A stretch of 64,000 bases of DNA, taken from the NCBI GenBank assembly GCA_963826865.1, contig CAWGYQ010000009.1, positions 14,570 through 78,569 of the forward strand, given 5' to 3'. The translations under genes and the position numbers were made by a program. Below are positions 57,076-64,000 of this stretch, one piece after another (positions within the stretch are counted from its first letter, which is position 1; each line of letters opens with the position of its first letter). Origin of the DNA: an uncultured Acidobacteriota bacterium. GTDB lineage: Bacteria > Acidobacteriota > Vicinamibacteria > Vicinamibacterales > CAVPJW01. Below the pieces are notes generated by a model that was given only the letters and a program-made list of their open reading frames with translations, was not told where the DNA came from and searched no databases.

Positions 57076-58683
57076 ATGCCTGCTTTTCGAATCCGCGCGC
57101 GCGCAGCGCGGGGCTACGCGAGCGGACCCGCGTTCGAAACCAATCCCGAGGTGCTGCAGGCGTTTCTGGAAGACGCGGCTCACCACGCCGGTGGCCACGC
57201 CGCCTCCATCGCCTTCCCCACGACCGAAGCGGAGGTCGTTGCCGCCCTCCACGCCAGCCGACGCATCCTGCCGATCGGCGCGCAGTCGTCTCTGACCGGC
57301 GGCGCCACGCCGGATGGCGACACCCTGCTCGGCTTCGCACGCATGAATCGGATTGTGGAGATCGACCGCACGCGTGTTCGGGTCGAGCCAGGCGTGCCGC
57401 TCCAGACGCTGCAGGAGACACTCGACCCGCATGGTCTCTGGTACCCGCCTGTCCCGACCTTCGCCGGCGCGTTCGTCGGAGGGACGGTGGCCACCAACGC
57501 CGCGGGAGCGGCAACATTCAAGTACGGCAGCACGCGCGCGTGGGTGGACGCGCTCACAGTCGTGCTCGCGTCTGGCGATGTACTCGATCTCACTCGGGGC
57601 GAGGTCGTCGCGAGCCCCGACGGGCATTTCGAGATCGACACCCACCACGGGCGAATCGACGTCAGGGTCCCCACCTACAGGATGCCGGACGTGCCCAAGC
57701 GATCGGCCGGCTACCATGCGGCGCCTGGCATGGATCTGGTCGATCTGTTCGTCGGCTCGGAAGGCACGCTGGGTATCGTCACGGAAATCACACTGCGCGT
57801 GTTGGACGCCGTCCCATTGAGATGCCTGGCGCTGGTGCCTGTGTCGAGTGAAGCCGATGGATTGAAGCTGGTGTCGATACTGCGCACCGAATCGCAGAAC
57901 ACCTGGAGGGGCGATTCACGTGGCATGGACGTGAGCGCGATCGAGCACATGGACCGCCGGGCCATCGAAGTCCTCGTCGAGGACGGCCACGACCGGCGCC
58001 TGGGCGTGAGCTTTCCCCCGGCCGCTGCCATGGCCCTGCTGGTGCAACTCGAGCTCCCCTCGGGCACGACGGCCGAGCGCGCGTACGCGGAGATCGGGAG
58101 CGCACTCGATTCCAGCGCGCCGGACACGCCTCTCGTCCGCTTCGCGAGAGTGCTGGAGGAATTGGGCGCACTCGATTGCACCGAGATGGCGATGCCGGGC
58201 GACGCTCGACGCCGCGAGCAGCTGCTCGCCGTGCGTGAAGCGGTGCCGACGTCGGTGAATCACCGGGTCGCCTTGGCGAAGAGCTGGATCGATTCGACCA
58301 TCTCGAAAACTGCCGCTGACGTCATTGTGCCCTTCCACCGTTTTGCCGACATGATGGCGCGAACGCGCGAGGCCTTCGAACGTCACGGCCTTGACTACGC
58401 CGTCTGGGGCCACATCTCCGACGGCAACGTGCATCCCAATCTCATCCCGCGGTCATTGGCGGACGTACGGGCCGCTCATGAAGCGATTCTGGAGCTGGGA
58501 CGCGACGCGATCATGATGGGAGGATGTCCGCTGGCCGAGCACGGGGTCGGCCGAAGCCCGCTGAAGCAACGGTTGCTCGTCGAGCTCTATGGAAGCGAGG
58601 GAATCGAGGAGATGCGCCGCGTGAAGCGCGCACTCGATCCCGAATGGAAGCTGGCGTCCGGAGTGCTGTTCCCGCCGATGTAG
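57076..58683 (+). CDS. FAD-linked oxidase (GlcD/D-lactate dehydrogenase-like, FAD_binding_4 + C-terminal oxidase domain)
   Basis: AFPTTEAEVVAAL...ILPIGAQSSLTGGATP, RVEPGV.LQTLQE, GGTVATNAAGAATFKYG, GSEGTLGIVTEITLRV, C-terminal GCPLAEHGVG. Divergent from the ligase operon (53-nt spacer). Confidence 0.8.
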   Translation: MPAFRIRARAARGYASGPAFETNPEVLQAFLEDAAHHAGGHAASIAFPTTEAEVVAALHASRRILPIGAQSSLTGGATPDGDTLLGFARMNRIVEIDRTRVRVEPGVPLQTLQETLDPHGLWYPPVPTFAGAFVGGTVATNAAGAATFKYGSTRAWVDALTVVLASGDVLDLTRGEVVASPDGHFEIDTHHGRIDVRVPTYRMPDVPKRSAGYHAAPGMDLVDLFVGSEGTLGIVTEITLRVLDAVPLRCLALVPVSSEADGLKLVSILRTESQNTWRGDSRGMDVSAIEHMDRRAIEVLVEDGHDRRLGVSFPPAAAMALLVQLELPSGTTAERAYAEIGSALDSSAPDTPLVRFARVLEELGALDCTEMAMPGDARRREQLLAVREAVPTSVNHRVALAKSWIDSTISKTAADVIVPFHRFADMMARTREAFERHGLDYAVWGHISDGNVHPNLIPRSLADVRAAHEAILELGRDAIMMGGCPLAEHGVGRSPLKQRLLVELYGSEGIEEMRRVKRALDPEWKLASGVLFPPM

Positions 58684-58690
58684 CGCCGGC

Positions 58691-60565
58691 CTACGACCCG
58701 CCTTTGCTGCCCAACCACTCTTCTCTGAATTTTTTCTGAGCCGCTGTCAGCGAGCGGTCAGTGGACTCGACCGTCACGATCTCGCGGCGCGGGTCGGGCT
58801 CGAGCGTGACCGATGCGGCAACCCGCTGACCGCCGCGGCGTCGGTAGGTGATTGGCACGATCTCGCCGGGTGCGCGGCGCCGCAGCACTCCATCGAGCCG
58901 GCTGCGATCCGTCAACGCCTCGCCGTCGAGCGTCGCGATCACATCGTCCTGATCGAGGCCGGCCTGATAGGCTGGCGAACCAATCGGCGTCGGTGCATCG
59001 ACGCGGGCTCCGTCGGCCGAGAAGTCCAGATTCAGATCGCCGATCCATGCGGCGCGCGGCGATCGCGCGACGAGCGCGAGCCCGGCACGCGACAGGAGAC
59101 GCTCGTAATCCGGCACCTCGTGTCCCGCGACGTAGCGGTTGATGAACGCCTCGGCGAAGGCGGCATCTCCGCTCACCGCCGCGAGACGCGCCGTCACGTC
59201 TTCGGCCGTGTAGGGCCGATCGACGAATCCCGGTTGACGGCCACCGGGCTTGCCGAAGTTCGTCCACAGATCGCGCTGGAGGTCGTCGAGCGTCACCCGC
59301 CCGTCTGTCCGATCCCGGAGCGCCAGGTCGAGGCCCAGGCCAATTGCCGCGCCCCACGTGTAGTAGGAGATAAAGGTGTTGCCCCAGTTGGTGCGATCAA
59401 CCGCGCGGGCCTCGTCGACGAGCGGCGCCAGACGGCTCATCTCTTGCGCGCTGCGAATGCGACGGGCCGGCGAATTGGTCACCTGGTTGATGAGGCCGGC
59501 GAAGTCGGTCAGGGTCTCGGAAAGCGACTGCAGCCTGGCGCGGTGCATCACCAGCAGCTCGTAGTAGCTGGTGACGCCCTCGGCGAGCCACAGCTCGGGC
59601 GACATGTTGGCGTCGGCCAGATTGAACGGTTCCAGCGAGCGCGGGCGAATCCGTTCGACGCTCCAGCCGTGAAACAACTCGTGCGCCGCATTCGACAGGA
59701 TCGCCGAGCGAGCGCTGGAATCGGCGGGCGAGCCGGGAACGGTGATGATGGTGCTGTTGCGATGCTCCATGGCGTCGCCGTCGGCCCACGGCAGGCAGTC
59801 GGCGAGAAACGTGTAACGTCCGACATCGTAGCGGGGGAACTCGCCGAAGATAGCGCCCTCTTCGCGGGCGATCTTCTCCAGGTCCGACGCCAGGCGGATG
59901 GCGTCGTCGTCGGAGCCACCATGGAGCGCCAGCCGGAAATCGGTGCGGGCCGTCCCGCGTGTGACGAAGAAGTCACGCACGGTGTGCCGCGACACCTCGA
60001 TCGGGCTGTCCATGAGGTACTGGAGGTTGGGCGCCGTGAACGTCAAACCGTCCTCGCCCGCGAAAAGCTGAGTGGCCACGCGCCAGTCCGACCCTGGCGG
60101 CGGCTCGATGGCGACGCGCGAGGGACGATCTTCGAGCCCGCGCGCCCACATCAGCGCAGCCGGCATGTTGATGTGAGCGTGCGTCGAGTCGACCGCGAGG
60201 TAGGTGCCGTCGAGCTGATCGCCGTACACCTTGTAGCGCACGCGCACGGTGCCGCCGTGCCCGGCGACCCGCCATTCATGGAGACTGGGTCGCGTAATGC
60301 TCACGCTTCGATCCCCGCCACCGACGATGACCACGTCGTAGACGTTCTTTGCGAATTCGTGCAGCGCGTAGCGTCCGGGCGAGCTGCGGCTCATGTGCAG
60401 CTCGAGATCGGCATCTCCGATCTCCGGAAACGTCACCTCGACGTGCATCGTGCGGTGCTCGGCGTCCGGAAAGGTCAGCCGGTAACCGACCGGCGTCTGG
60501 GCAAGAGCCGGCAGCGCCCACACGCCCCACAGAACGGCAATCGCAGCGATTCGTATCAACGGCAT
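58691..60565 (-). CDS. M61-family glycyl aminopeptidase with C-terminal PDZ domain, secreted
   Basis: Signal peptide; SSPGRYALHEF; zinc motif AAHELFHGWSVERIRP; C-terminal PDZ-like GSPAYQAGLDQDDVIATLDGE. Confidence 0.85.
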   Translation of the reverse strand: MPLIRIAAIAVLWGVWALPALAQTPVGYRLTFPDAEHRTMHVEVTFPEIGDADLELHMSRSSPGRYALHEFAKNVYDVVIVGGGDRSVSITRPSLHEWRVAGHGGTVRVRYKVYGDQLDGTYLAVDSTHAHINMPAALMWARGLEDRPSRVAIEPPPGSDWRVATQLFAGEDGLTFTAPNLQYLMDSPIEVSRHTVRDFFVTRGTARTDFRLALHGGSDDDAIRLASDLEKIAREEGAIFGEFPRYDVGRYTFLADCLPWADGDAMEHRNSTIITVPGSPADSSARSAILSNAAHELFHGWSVERIRPRSLEPFNLADANMSPELWLAEGVTSYYELLVMHRARLQSLSETLTDFAGLINQVTNSPARRIRSAQEMSRLAPLVDEARAVDRTNWGNTFISYYTWGAAIGLGLDLALRDRTDGRVTLDDLQRDLWTNFGKPGGRQPGFVDRPYTAEDVTARLAAVSGDAAFAEAFINRYVAGHEVPDYERLLSRAGLALVARSPRAAWIGDLNLDFSADGARVDAPTPIGSPAYQAGLDQDDVIATLDGEALTDRSRLDGVLRRRAPGEIVPITYRRRGGQRVAASVTLEPDPRREIVTVESTDRSLTAAQKKFREEWLGSKGGS

Positions 60566-61570
60566 CTACTCCGCGCTCTTGGGATCGTCGTGTCGCCTGT
60601 GCCTCGCAACCACGCACAGCAGCTCGAAGAGGAGGTTCGCGGCCAGCAGTGAGGTGATGTGTCCCGGACCGTCGAACACCGGCGCCACCTCGACGACGTC
60701 GAAGCCGACGAGGTCGATGCCGGCCAGGCCCCGCAGGAGCCGCTGCGCTTCGTGCGACGTCAAGCCGCCGATTTCGGGCGTGCCCGTGCCGGGCGCGAAG
60801 GCCGGATCCACGGCATCGATGTCGAACGTCACGTAACACCGGCCTGTCGCGACCCGGCGCACGGCGTCGATGGTAGCTTCCACGCCGCGCTTGACCTGAT
60901 CGATGTCCACAACCGTGATGCCGTGCTCGCGGTGAAAGTCGAAGTCGTCCTCGCCGTACATCGGCCCCCGGATGCCAACCTGGATGAACCGTTTCGGATC
61001 CACCAACCCTTCTTCGATCGCCCGACGGAACGGCGTGCCGTGAAAGTATTTGGTGCCGAAGTACTCGTTCCACGTGTCGATGTGCGAATCGAACTGCACG
61101 AGGCCGACGGGTCCATGCGCCCGGGCCAGCGCTCGAAGCACGGGCAGCGAAATGCTGTGGTCCCCGCCAATGACTGCCGGTAGCGCGCCGGCTTCGATGA
61201 CGGAGGCGACGTGCCGCTCGATCACCTCGTAGCACTGCTCGATGGCAACAGGAGGGGCGTCGATATCACCCGCGTCCACGATGTTCAGGCGCTCGAACGG
61301 CGCAGTCTTCTGGAAATAGCTGTAGGGCCGGATGAGCGATGACTGGGCGCGGATCTCCCGCGGACCCAGCCGGGCGCCAGGACGGTAAGACGTGCCGCCG
61401 TCGAAGGGCACTCCGAGAATGGCCACGTCCACACCACGAAGGTCGGTGACGTGCGGCAGACGCATGAAGGTGGCAGGCTGAGCGAACCGCGGGGACTTGA
61501 ACGACTCGCGGGGTGTGAACGTCATCTGGTTCCAGTTTACTGGAACCCTTTTGTATCTTTGCTCCATCAT
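60566..61570 (-). CDS. speB: Agmatinase / ureohydrolase (arginase family)
   Basis: ATFMRLPH, GVPFDGGTSYRPGAR.GP, GGDHSISLP, FDSHIDTW, TFDIDAVDPAFAPGTGTPEIGGLT. The start may instead be the ATG at 61525, because the 61570 start leaves only 11 nt to the divergent permease gene. Confidence 0.8.
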   Translation of the reverse strand: MMEQRYKRVPVNWNQMTFTPRESFKSPRFAQPATFMRLPHVTDLRGVDVAILGVPFDGGTSYRPGARLGPREIRAQSSLIRPYSYFQKTAPFERLNIVDAGDIDAPPVAIEQCYEVIERHVASVIEAGALPAVIGGDHSISLPVLRALARAHGPVGLVQFDSHIDTWNEYFGTKYFHGTPFRRAIEEGLVDPKRFIQVGIRGPMYGEDDFDFHREHGITVVDIDQVKRGVEATIDAVRRVATGRCYVTFDIDAVDPAFAPGTGTPEIGGLTSHEAQRLLRGLAGIDLVGFDVVEVAPVFDGPGHITSLLAANLLFELLCVVARHRRHDDPKSAE

Positions 61571-61581
61571 AGGGCCCGCTC

Positions 61582-62979
61582 ATGGCGGCACCCGGCATCA
61601 GGCTTCACCGATCGCTCAGCATCGTCGAGTTCTTCACCTTTGGCTTCGGCTCCATGGTGGGCGTCGGCTGGGTCGTGGTGATGGACGATTGGCTCGGGCG
61701 AGGCGGGCCGGCCGGCGCGGCGCTCGGGTTCCTGATCGGCGGACTGCTCTTCCTGCCGATCGGGCGCACCTACGGGCGTCTGATCGCACGCATCCAGGAC
61801 GCCGGCGGCGAGATCGCCTACACCGAAGGGATCTTCCCCCCGTTCCTCAGCTTCGCCACCGGCTGGACGATGATTCTGGCCTACGCCATCGTCTGTCCGT
61901 GGGAAGCCGTCGCAATCGGCAATCTCCTGGGCCGTGCGTTTCCAGCGTTGAACGCATACCCGCTCTACAGCGTGGCTGGCAGCCCCATCTATCTGCCCCG
62001 ACTCGCGGCCGGACTGTTGATGACGCTCGTCATCGCCGGTGTGAATTACAGAGGCATTCGCCTGAGCGGCATCTTTCAGAACCTGACCACTTTTGGGCTG
62101 CTCGCGGTGTTCGTGTTGTTCACGACCCTTGGATTCGCGCGTGGCGAGGCGGCCAACCTGCCACCGCTCTTTGCCCGTCCCGGCGTCGTGGGGGCATGGC
62201 TCTCGATCCTTCTGGTCATGCAAATCGTTCCCTACTTCATGACCGGGTTCGAGTCGGTCGGCAAGGGATCGGAGGAAGCTCGACCTGGGTTCGACGCGCG
62301 AGACTTCGGACGGGCCATCGACATGGCCGTCGTCGCCGGGTTCGTCTTCTACGTCCTGGTCATCGCCGTCGTCTCATACGTGTATCCGTGGCCGCAACTC
62401 GTGGCCGGCCGGCTGGGATCGGAGATCGCCTTCGAGCGCGCGTTCGGCTCACGTGCGATGGCGCAGGCCATTCTCTTCGGCGCGTTCCTGTCGCTCTTCA
62501 AGGTCTTCAACGGCAACTTCGTCGCCGCGACGAGGCTCATGTACGGCATTGGGCGGCGTGGTCTCGTTCACGGCTCGCTCTCGTACATTCATCCGACGCG
62601 TGGCACACCGGCGACGGCCATTCTGCTGCTGGCGGGACTGACGGCCGCCGCGGCCTTTCTCGGGGATGCGGCGCTCATCCCGATTACCGAAGTCGGATCC
62701 CTGGCGGTCGGCGTGGGATGGATGTCGGCCTGCCTGGCCTATCTGGGGCGCACGGGACGGCACGCGAACAGCGCGGGCAGGCCCGCCGCCATCGCCGGCG
62801 CCCTCGTCAGCGGGGCGATCATCACGATGAAGGTGCTGCCGTTCGTACCGGGCAGCTTCGGGCCGTACGAGTGGACCGCGTTCCTGTTCTGGTGCGCGAT
62901 CGGCGTCGCCTTCTGGCTGGCCCGCGGCCAACTCAAGGAGACGGCGGACGCTCCGCTTCCTGAAGCGCCTCTGCGATGA
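61582..62979 (+). CDS. APC-superfamily amino acid/polyamine permease
   Basis: 465 aa, ~12 TM. FFTFGFGSMVGVGWVV...GGPAGAALGFLIGGLLFLP...GGEIAYT. Confidence 0.85.
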   Translation: MAAPGIRLHRSLSIVEFFTFGFGSMVGVGWVVVMDDWLGRGGPAGAALGFLIGGLLFLPIGRTYGRLIARIQDAGGEIAYTEGIFPPFLSFATGWTMILAYAIVCPWEAVAIGNLLGRAFPALNAYPLYSVAGSPIYLPRLAAGLLMTLVIAGVNYRGIRLSGIFQNLTTFGLLAVFVLFTTLGFARGEAANLPPLFARPGVVGAWLSILLVMQIVPYFMTGFESVGKGSEEARPGFDARDFGRAIDMAVVAGFVFYVLVIAVVSYVYPWPQLVAGRLGSEIAFERAFGSRAMAQAILFGAFLSLFKVFNGNFVAATRLMYGIGRRGLVHGSLSYIHPTRGTPATAILLLAGLTAAAAFLGDAALIPITEVGSLAVGVGWMSACLAYLGRTGRHANSAGRPAAIAGALVSGAIITMKVLPFVPGSFGPYEWTAFLFWCAIGVAFWLARGQLKETADAPLPEAPLR

Positions 62980-63589
62980 ACGCGTCCTCGGGGAGCGATC
63001 CGAGAATTTCGATGCGGTCGTCAACGATCGTCTTCGGCACACCGGTAATCCGATGCCGGCGCACGAGATCGGGAAATTCCGTGGCTTCGATGGCCGTGGC
63101 TCGAATCTTCGGGTTCTCGACGGCCATCCGGTAGGCAAGGCCCACGGCCCTGGGACAGTGCGGTCAAGTCGGCGTGACGTAGACGAGAATCTCGAGCGGA
63201 TTCGACACGGCGGCGACCCGCGCCCGGTTCGCCTCGGAGAGGCCCGAGTTACCGCTCGAGGCCAGCTGCACCGCATCGACCAGCGACATGAACTCGTAGC
63301 CAGACGGCGCGCCCAGATACGTCATTCTCTGGCCGCCCTTCCCGACGACGACGATGGCTGGGGCCCGCTCCACGCCGTACTCGGCTGCGGCGTCTTTCTC
63401 GAGCACGAGGTTATGTTCCTCGATGGTGATTTTCTCGGAAAGCGAGGCCAGCTCGTCGAGGATCTGTCTTGCCGTGCCGCAGGTCTCGCACTCAAAGGTC
63501 TGCGTGAAGAACACGAGCCGGACCGGATCGCTCAACTCGGCCAGTTGGCCGGCGAGCGTCTGACGATCGGCCTCGGAGAGCAGGGCCAT
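62933..63589 (-). CDS. Two-unit thioredoxin-fold protein-disulfide oxidoreductase (glutaredoxin-like/PDO-type) with in-frame TGA at 63164-63166 (candidate selenocysteine, U-P-H-C)
   Basis: ORFs 63164..63589 and 62933..63145 are in the same frame, separated only by TGA plus PHCPRA. The N-terminal unit has CETC. Read-through gives ...LVYVTPT-[TGA]-PHCPRAVGLAYRMAVENP...TGVPKTIV..., placing TGA at the first Cys of the second CPxC motif. Confidence 0.65.
63136..63152 (-). promoter_or_regulatory. Candidate bacterial SECIS-like stem-loop
   Basis: mRNA CAGGGCC-GUG-GGCCUUG (7 bp including one G-U; loop GUG) begins 11 nt 3' of the in-frame UGA. A second 9-bp stem GAUGGCCGU/ACGGCCAUC spans 63089-63128. 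Confidence 0.4.
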
Positions 63590-63595
63590 CGAGCT

Positions 63596-63994
63596 CTACT
63601 TGAAGAGATCGTCGAAGGCCTGCCGGGCGCTCGTCGTGCCGGGCGACCCGGTTTCGCGCTCGATTGTCACGCGCGGCTCGAAGAACCCGCAGTCATTCTG
63701 AACATCCTTGACGGCTATCCGTGCCGGAATGAGCTCCGTGCACTCGAAGTGACTGCTCGTGTCGAAGTGTGTGCACTGAAGACAGCTGTGCAGGTCGGTC
63801 CCGCATTTCGAACATCGTGAATCCACGGCGATCTCGACAGTGCCGGGCTGCCCGCATCGGCTGCACCGGACGACGCGCTTGAAGCCGGGCACGTTCGGCG
63901 CGCGCATCTCGGGCGGCTGCGGATCGCGCTTGGGCGCCCGCTCCGTTCGAGGCTCGTCCTGATACCCGCGCTGCCGGTACTTGCGATCGCTCAT
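63596..63994 (-). CDS. Cys-rich zinc-ribbon hypothetical protein
   Basis: 132 aa. Basic disordered N-terminus (MSDRKYRQRGYQDEPRTERAPKRD), then CSRC...CSKC...CLQC plus two further Cys. Lies 6 nt upstream of the oxidoreductase gene on the same strand. Confidence 0.5.
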   Translation of the reverse strand: MSDRKYRQRGYQDEPRTERAPKRDPQPPEMRAPNVPGFKRVVRCSRCGQPGTVEIAVDSRCSKCGTDLHSCLQCTHFDTSSHFECTELIPARIAVKDVQNDCGFFEPRVTIERETGSPGTTSARQAFDDLFK

Positions 63995-64000
63995 TGGGGT

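Noticed and set aside
61571-61581. An apparent 11-nt divergent intergenic region between the agmatinase and permease genes.
   Set aside because: It is too short to hold two promoters and is most likely an artefact of taking the longest ORF. An in-frame ATG at 61525 (MTFTPRESFKSPRF...) still precedes the conserved agmatinase N-terminal motif.
62933-62979. 47-nt convergent overlap of the APC permease 3' end with the oxidoreductase 3' end, and a 17-nt convergent overlap at 40067-40083.
   Set aside because: Convergent 3' overlaps of this size are common in compact GC-rich genomes where stop codons are sparse. There is no evidence of mis-assembly or of a functional antisense element.
1-64000. Searched by eye for CRISPR repeats, tRNA/rRNA genes, IS elements, integrases, phage genes and long direct or inverted repeats flanking an island.
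   Set aside because: None found. Intergenic regions are short (mostly under 120 nt). The only AT-rich islands are the TetR operator (9585-9604), the TA promoter (15935-15975) and part of the FAH leader (24140-24175). A by-eye scan cannot exclude small ncRNAs.

Overview
High-GC (about two-thirds G+C by eye, not computed), densely coding bacterial chromosomal segment. It holds about 55 protein genes on both strands, many joined by 4-nt ATGA/GTGA start-stop overlaps. The gene content (CarboxypepD_reg-type TonB-dependent receptor, many secreted peptidases, ECF sigma/anti-sigma pair, bshB1-bshA) suggests a soil Acidobacteriota/Gemmatimonadota-like organism; that is a guess. I recognised no rRNA, tRNA, CRISPR array, transposase, integrase or phage genes. 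Order along the window: MFS fragment and phosphodiesterase; a TetR-controlled 7-gene HlyD/ABC-2/TolC efflux operon with a perfect palindromic operator; an ECF sigma/anti-sigma pair; a SYLF protein; orphan 2-oxoacid dehydrogenase E1 alpha/beta; a VapC toxin with an atypically long partner; a 907-aa PIG-L protein divergent from bshB1-bshA; DUF4159; two tandem signal-peptide FAH-family genes downstream of a TonB-dependent receptor and a two-component system; FAD oxidoreductase, M55 peptidase, Tat-signal PLP enzyme, ada, purE, icd; an M16 peptidase pair; an ArgH-like/micro-ORF/Na-solute symporter/D-aminoacylase operon; DinB, M20 peptidase, esterase. Three things stand out. (1) A ~9.2 kb translationally coupled operon (47847-57022, minus strand) combines a GCS2/YbdK ligase, two ATP-grasp-type ligases, an M29 aminopeptidase, an adenylate-forming-like protein and three lipoprotein SBP paralogs; I cannot assign it to a known pathway. 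(2) A two-domain thioredoxin-fold oxidoreductase has an in-frame TGA exactly at the first Cys of its CPxC motif, with a 17-nt hairpin 11 nt downstream, making it a candidate selenoprotein. (3) Seven single-base (+1) frameshifts interrupt six otherwise conserved genes, which points to assembly indel errors or unusual pseudogenisation. All functional calls come from motif recognition by eye in the supplied ORF translations. No database search, HMM scan or folding program was run.
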